From assembly GCA_963681965.1 (NCBI GenBank), contig OY820579.1, positions 736,001 through 800,000 of the forward strand: DNA of 64,000 nt. The letters run 5' to 3'. Under the pieces are notes generated by a model. It was not told the origin of the DNA. It did not search any database and saw only the letters and a list, made by a program, of their open reading frames with translations. Positions 60,834 through 64,000 of this stretch are shown here, in pieces. Origin of the DNA: a bacterium. GTDB taxonomy: Bacteria; Electryoneota; JAOADG01. How positions within the stretch are numbered: position 1 is the first letter of the stretch; each line of letters opens with the position of its first letter. The position numbers and the translations under genes were made by a program.

Positions 60834-61253
60834 ATGATCGTTCAGAATTTTAAAGAATTGCGCGTCTGGCAGGCTGCGATGGACTTGGCTGAAGCGATTT
60901 ATCGCGTGACAAACACCTTTCCGGGGACCGAACAATTCGGTCTCAGTCAACAAATGCGCCGATCGGCAATATCCGTCCCATCCAATATTTCAGAAGGCTT
61001 CGTCAGAGAACATTTGAAAGAGTACATTCACTTTTTGTCAATCGCACAAGGATCTTTGGCGGAACTAGAAACCCAACTCCAATTGTCTCACCGAGTTTGT
61101 TTTATCAATGATACTGATTTTGAAAATATTAGCATTAAAATCGAGATGTTAGCCAAACAACTTAGATCTCAGCGAAAAGCGCTGTCGAAGAAATCGACCA
61201 ATCAGGACGTTTCTTTAACCCATAACCCACAACCCACAACCCACGACCTATGA
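60834..61253 (+). CDS. Four-helix-bundle protein (23S rRNA IVS / S23-like family)
   Basis: FKELRVWQ.AM, FP..E.FGL.QQMRRSA.SVPSNI.EG, F.SIAQGSL.ELETQL; GGAG RBS before ATG 60834. Confidence 0.93.
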   Translation: MIVQNFKELRVWQAAMDLAEAIYRVTNTFPGTEQFGLSQQMRRSAISVPSNISEGFVREHLKEYIHFLSIAQGSLAELETQLQLSHRVCFINDTDFENISIKIEMLAKQLRSQRKALSKKSTNQDVSLTHNPQPTTHDL

Positions 61254-62515
61254 TCCTTACCAGATACCTACTCAAAGAGCATATCGCGCCATTCTTCTAT
61301 TCGCTGGCGCTAATCGTGTTCATCTTCGTTCTGAACCTGCTTTTCCAAATGCTGGGCAAGGTGGTCGGCAAGGGACTCGATATGATGGTGATTCTCGAGT
61401 TCTTTGCACTCAACCTCGCGTGGATCGCCTCGCTCGCCATCCCGATGTCGGTACTTGTCAGTGTATTGATGGCGTTTGCCCGGTTCTCCGCCGATATGGA
61501 GATTACCGCGCTGCGCGCTGCCGGCGTGTCGTTATTCCGCTTGTTGCGTCCGGTGTTGATTGCCGGATTCGTGGTTGCGCTCGGGTTGGTCTATTTCAAT
61601 GGTTGGATGTTACCACAATTCAATTACCGCCTCAAAGAGCTGAACAATGCAATCTCGCGCAAACGACCGATACTAGCGCTAGAACCAGGCGTATTCAATT
61701 TCGATCTTGGTCGATTTGTCATGCTTGCCGATTCGATCAGCAATAAAGACAATAAAATGATGTCGCTGTTGATTTCCGACGAGAGTCAACCCGATAAAAA
61801 TGTCACGATTCGCGCCGATCACGGAACCTTGAAATTCTCGGCAGAAGCCCGCGCCTTTTTGTTCACGATGGTGAATGGCGAAATGCATCGCTACAAATGG
61901 CGCACCCCGTTGAATTATGAAATCACGAAATACGACAGTGCCATCGTAAAAATCGAAGCGCCGGGAGCGCTATTCGAACGCTCGGAATCGCAATACCGCT
62001 CGGATCGCGAGTTGACAATTCCAATGATGATGCAACGCCGGAAGGATATTATCGCTGCCGGGAATCCCGAGCCAAAGGTATGGAATTCGTTGATTGTCGA
62101 GATCCACAAAAAGTTTTCGATTCCGGCTGCCTGCATTCTGTTCGTGCTGATCGCAGTACCGCTTGGTGCACGACTTCAGCGTGGTGGCATCGGTTTGTCG
62201 GCGGGAGCAAGTACTTTCTTCTTCCTGATCTACTGGGTGTTTCTGATTGGCGGCGAGGATTATGCCGATCGGGGATTGCTTGCGCCGTGGCTGGCAATGT
62301 GGTTGCCGAATATCTTAATGGGAATCATCGGTATTGGACTGATGGTGACTACGGTGAAGCAGGGTACGGCACTGAAACTTGTTCCATCGTTCTTGCATCG
62401 AAAACGAACCGAAGCGGAAATCGAGAAAGACGAAACATTCGATCGTGAGACGGCGGAACGTCTGCTGCGTGCGGCGAAAGAGCGCGAAAAACCAACCGAT
62501 GGAGCGGCGAAATGA
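61250..62515 (+). CDS. lptF: LPS export permease LptF
   Basis: RFSADMEITALRAAGVS, EIHKKFSIP.AC, WLPN. Confidence 0.9.
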   Translation: MILTRYLLKEHIAPFFYSLALIVFIFVLNLLFQMLGKVVGKGLDMMVILEFFALNLAWIASLAIPMSVLVSVLMAFARFSADMEITALRAAGVSLFRLLRPVLIAGFVVALGLVYFNGWMLPQFNYRLKELNNAISRKRPILALEPGVFNFDLGRFVMLADSISNKDNKMMSLLISDESQPDKNVTIRADHGTLKFSAEARAFLFTMVNGEMHRYKWRTPLNYEITKYDSAIVKIEAPGALFERSESQYRSDRELTIPMMMQRRKDIIAAGNPEPKVWNSLIVEIHKKFSIPAACILFVLIAVPLGARLQRGGIGLSAGASTFFFLIYWVFLIGGEDYADRGLLAPWLAMWLPNILMGIIGIGLMVTTVKQGTALKLVPSFLHRKRTEAEIEKDETFDRETAERLLRAAKEREKPTDGAAK

Positions 62516-63591
62516 CAATTCTTACCCGGTTCCTGTTCGGTCGCTTTATTCGCATTCTACTGTTTGCATTGGCTGCCGCAGTTGTGGTTTTTTTGGTGGT
62601 AGACCTTATCGAGAATATGGATAAATTCCTCGATAAAAACGTTGCTCCAACGATTATTTTCGAATACTACTATCTTTACATCCCGTACATTGCCTACCTC
62701 GTATTTCCCGTGGCGATGATTCTGGCAACGCTGTCGACGATCGGCGGATTGATCAATACCCACGAACTAGTCGCGATGCGTGCATCCGGCGTTTCACTGT
62801 GGTGGGTATCGGTACGGCTGATTGCATTGAGCATTGTCATTGCAATCGGATTGTTCTGGTTCGGCGAATACCTGATGCCGAAATTGAATCAACAGCGCAT
62901 GGAAATCTGGCGCGTTCAAGTAAAGAAGTTGCCGAAGAAGTCGACGGTACGTTCCGACCGAATCTATATGCTTGAGGGTCAAGGGCGTTTCTTTCATCTT
63001 GAGCAGTGGAACGAGATCACGAATATCGGTTTGCGACCGACTGTTCAGATTGCCGAGGGAAACACACTCCTCGAGCGGATCGACGCCGAAAAAGCGCATT
63101 GGGACACGACGACCGGCTGGACATTTTCAAATGGTGTCACCCGACGGTGGGAAAACGGAGTTGAAAAAGTTGAACCGTTCCTCGATAAAAAAATGCCCGG
63201 AATGACGTTGACACCCGTTTCATTTTCCGATCTTTCGGTACGTCCGGAAGAGATGGGTTTTGACGATCTGAAACGCTTTATACAGCGGTTGAATGAAACC
63301 GGTAGCGAAACGACGCGCTGGATGGTGGAGTTGTGGAGCAAGTTGGCTGCCGCTGCGGCAGCGATTGTGATTGTATTGCTTGGCGTCCCGATCGCTGCAG
63401 TCCAACGGCGCAGTGGAGTCATTCTCTCATTTGGAATCGGACTATTTGTCAGCTTTGTGTTTTACGGCATGATTCAAATTGCGAAGATCTATGGCTACTC
63501 CGGGCAACTCTCGCCATTTATCTCGTCGTGGCTGGCGAATTTTGTTTTTGCAATTGTCGGCATCTTTATGTTGGCACGGGTCCGAAAGTAA
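62512..63591 (+). CDS. lptG: LPS export permease LptG
   Basis: ELVAMRASGVS, RPEEM, WLAN; overlaps lptF stop. Confidence 0.9.
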   Translation: MTILTRFLFGRFIRILLFALAAAVVVFLVVDLIENMDKFLDKNVAPTIIFEYYYLYIPYIAYLVFPVAMILATLSTIGGLINTHELVAMRASGVSLWWVSVRLIALSIVIAIGLFWFGEYLMPKLNQQRMEIWRVQVKKLPKKSTVRSDRIYMLEGQGRFFHLEQWNEITNIGLRPTVQIAEGNTLLERIDAEKAHWDTTTGWTFSNGVTRRWENGVEKVEPFLDKKMPGMTLTPVSFSDLSVRPEEMGFDDLKRFIQRLNETGSETTRWMVELWSKLAAAAAAIVIVLLGVPIAAVQRRSGVILSFGIGLFVSFVFYGMIQIAKIYGYSGQLSPFISSWLANFVFAIVGIFMLARVRK

Positions 63592-63620
63592 TAGGCGATT
63601 ATCAATGATTTCAGTGAGCG

Positions 63621-63650
63621 AAAAAGGGGCAACATTCGTTGCCCCTTCTT
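63621..63650. terminator. Bidirectional terminator
   Basis: aaggggcaac-attc-gttgcccctt. Confidence 0.8.
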
Positions 63651-63673
63651 ATTGATTGCAAGATGTAAAAGCC

Positions 63674-63955
63674 TTACTTGCCCTTCGCAACCATCGTCTT
63701 GAATGCCTTGCCTGCGACAAAGCGGGGGACTTTCTTCTTCGGAATGTTGATTTCTTTGCCGGTCTGCGGATTGCGACCTTTGCGCGCTTTGCGCTCGGCC
63801 ATACTGTATGTTCCGAAACCAACCAAAGTCACTTCCTTGCCCTTCGCTACTTCCTTTTCAACGGAGCCGATGAAGGCATTGAGGCACTCTTCTGCTTGCT
63901 TCTTGCTGACGTCTGCTGCGGTGGCAATCGCGGCGACCAATTCTGCTTTATTCAT
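63674..63955 (-). CDS. hup: DNA-binding protein HU
   Basis: MNKAELV, LVGFGT, RKGRNPQTGKEI.IP; GGAGG RBS. Confidence 0.96.
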   Translation of the reverse strand: MNKAELVAAIATAADVSKKQAEECLNAFIGSVEKEVAKGKEVTLVGFGTYSMAERKARKGRNPQTGKEINIPKKKVPRFVAGKAFKTMVAKGK

Positions 63956-64000
63956 TATTCCTCCTCTTTTTGATGACATCGTTGTCGGTTGCTTGTCCCG

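Noticed and set aside
60834-61253. DGR (Avd-like gene)
   Set aside because: No reverse transcriptase and no TR/VR pair differing at adenines seen in the window.

Overview
Bacterial chromosomal window, probably from an FCB-superphylum lineage (inferred from several secreted proteins ending in a 'YPNPFN...KM.LLK' T9SS/FlgD-like C-terminal domain). Core genes occur only at the ends: partial mnmG(gidA), rsmG(gidB) and tRNA-Ser(CGA) on the left; tRNA-Ser(GGA/GCT/TGA), a four-helix-bundle gene, lptF, lptG and HU on the right. The ~58 kb between the Ser tRNAs is accessory: secreted/surface proteins, hybrid histidine kinases, a vsr-m5C MTase-endonuclease R-M cassette, IS630 plus a MITE, GNATs, HigBA, Fic, VOC and an ECF sigma. 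Main finding: at least 7 degenerate, same-orientation copies of the 3' region of tRNA-Ser(GGA) (its terminator hairpin, in several copies with the tRNA 3' end) between ~41.1 and 58.2 kb. They cut the region into gene cassettes, an integron-like tRNA-anchored array with no integrase in the window. Other highlights: heptamer-repeat inverted units (two empty, one carrying the four-helix-bundle gene), a probable CGATCG-specific R-M system in CGATCG-rich DNA, a REP-carrying MITE abutting IS630, and several unannotated pseudogene remnants. All calls are by-eye motif recognition; no searches were run.
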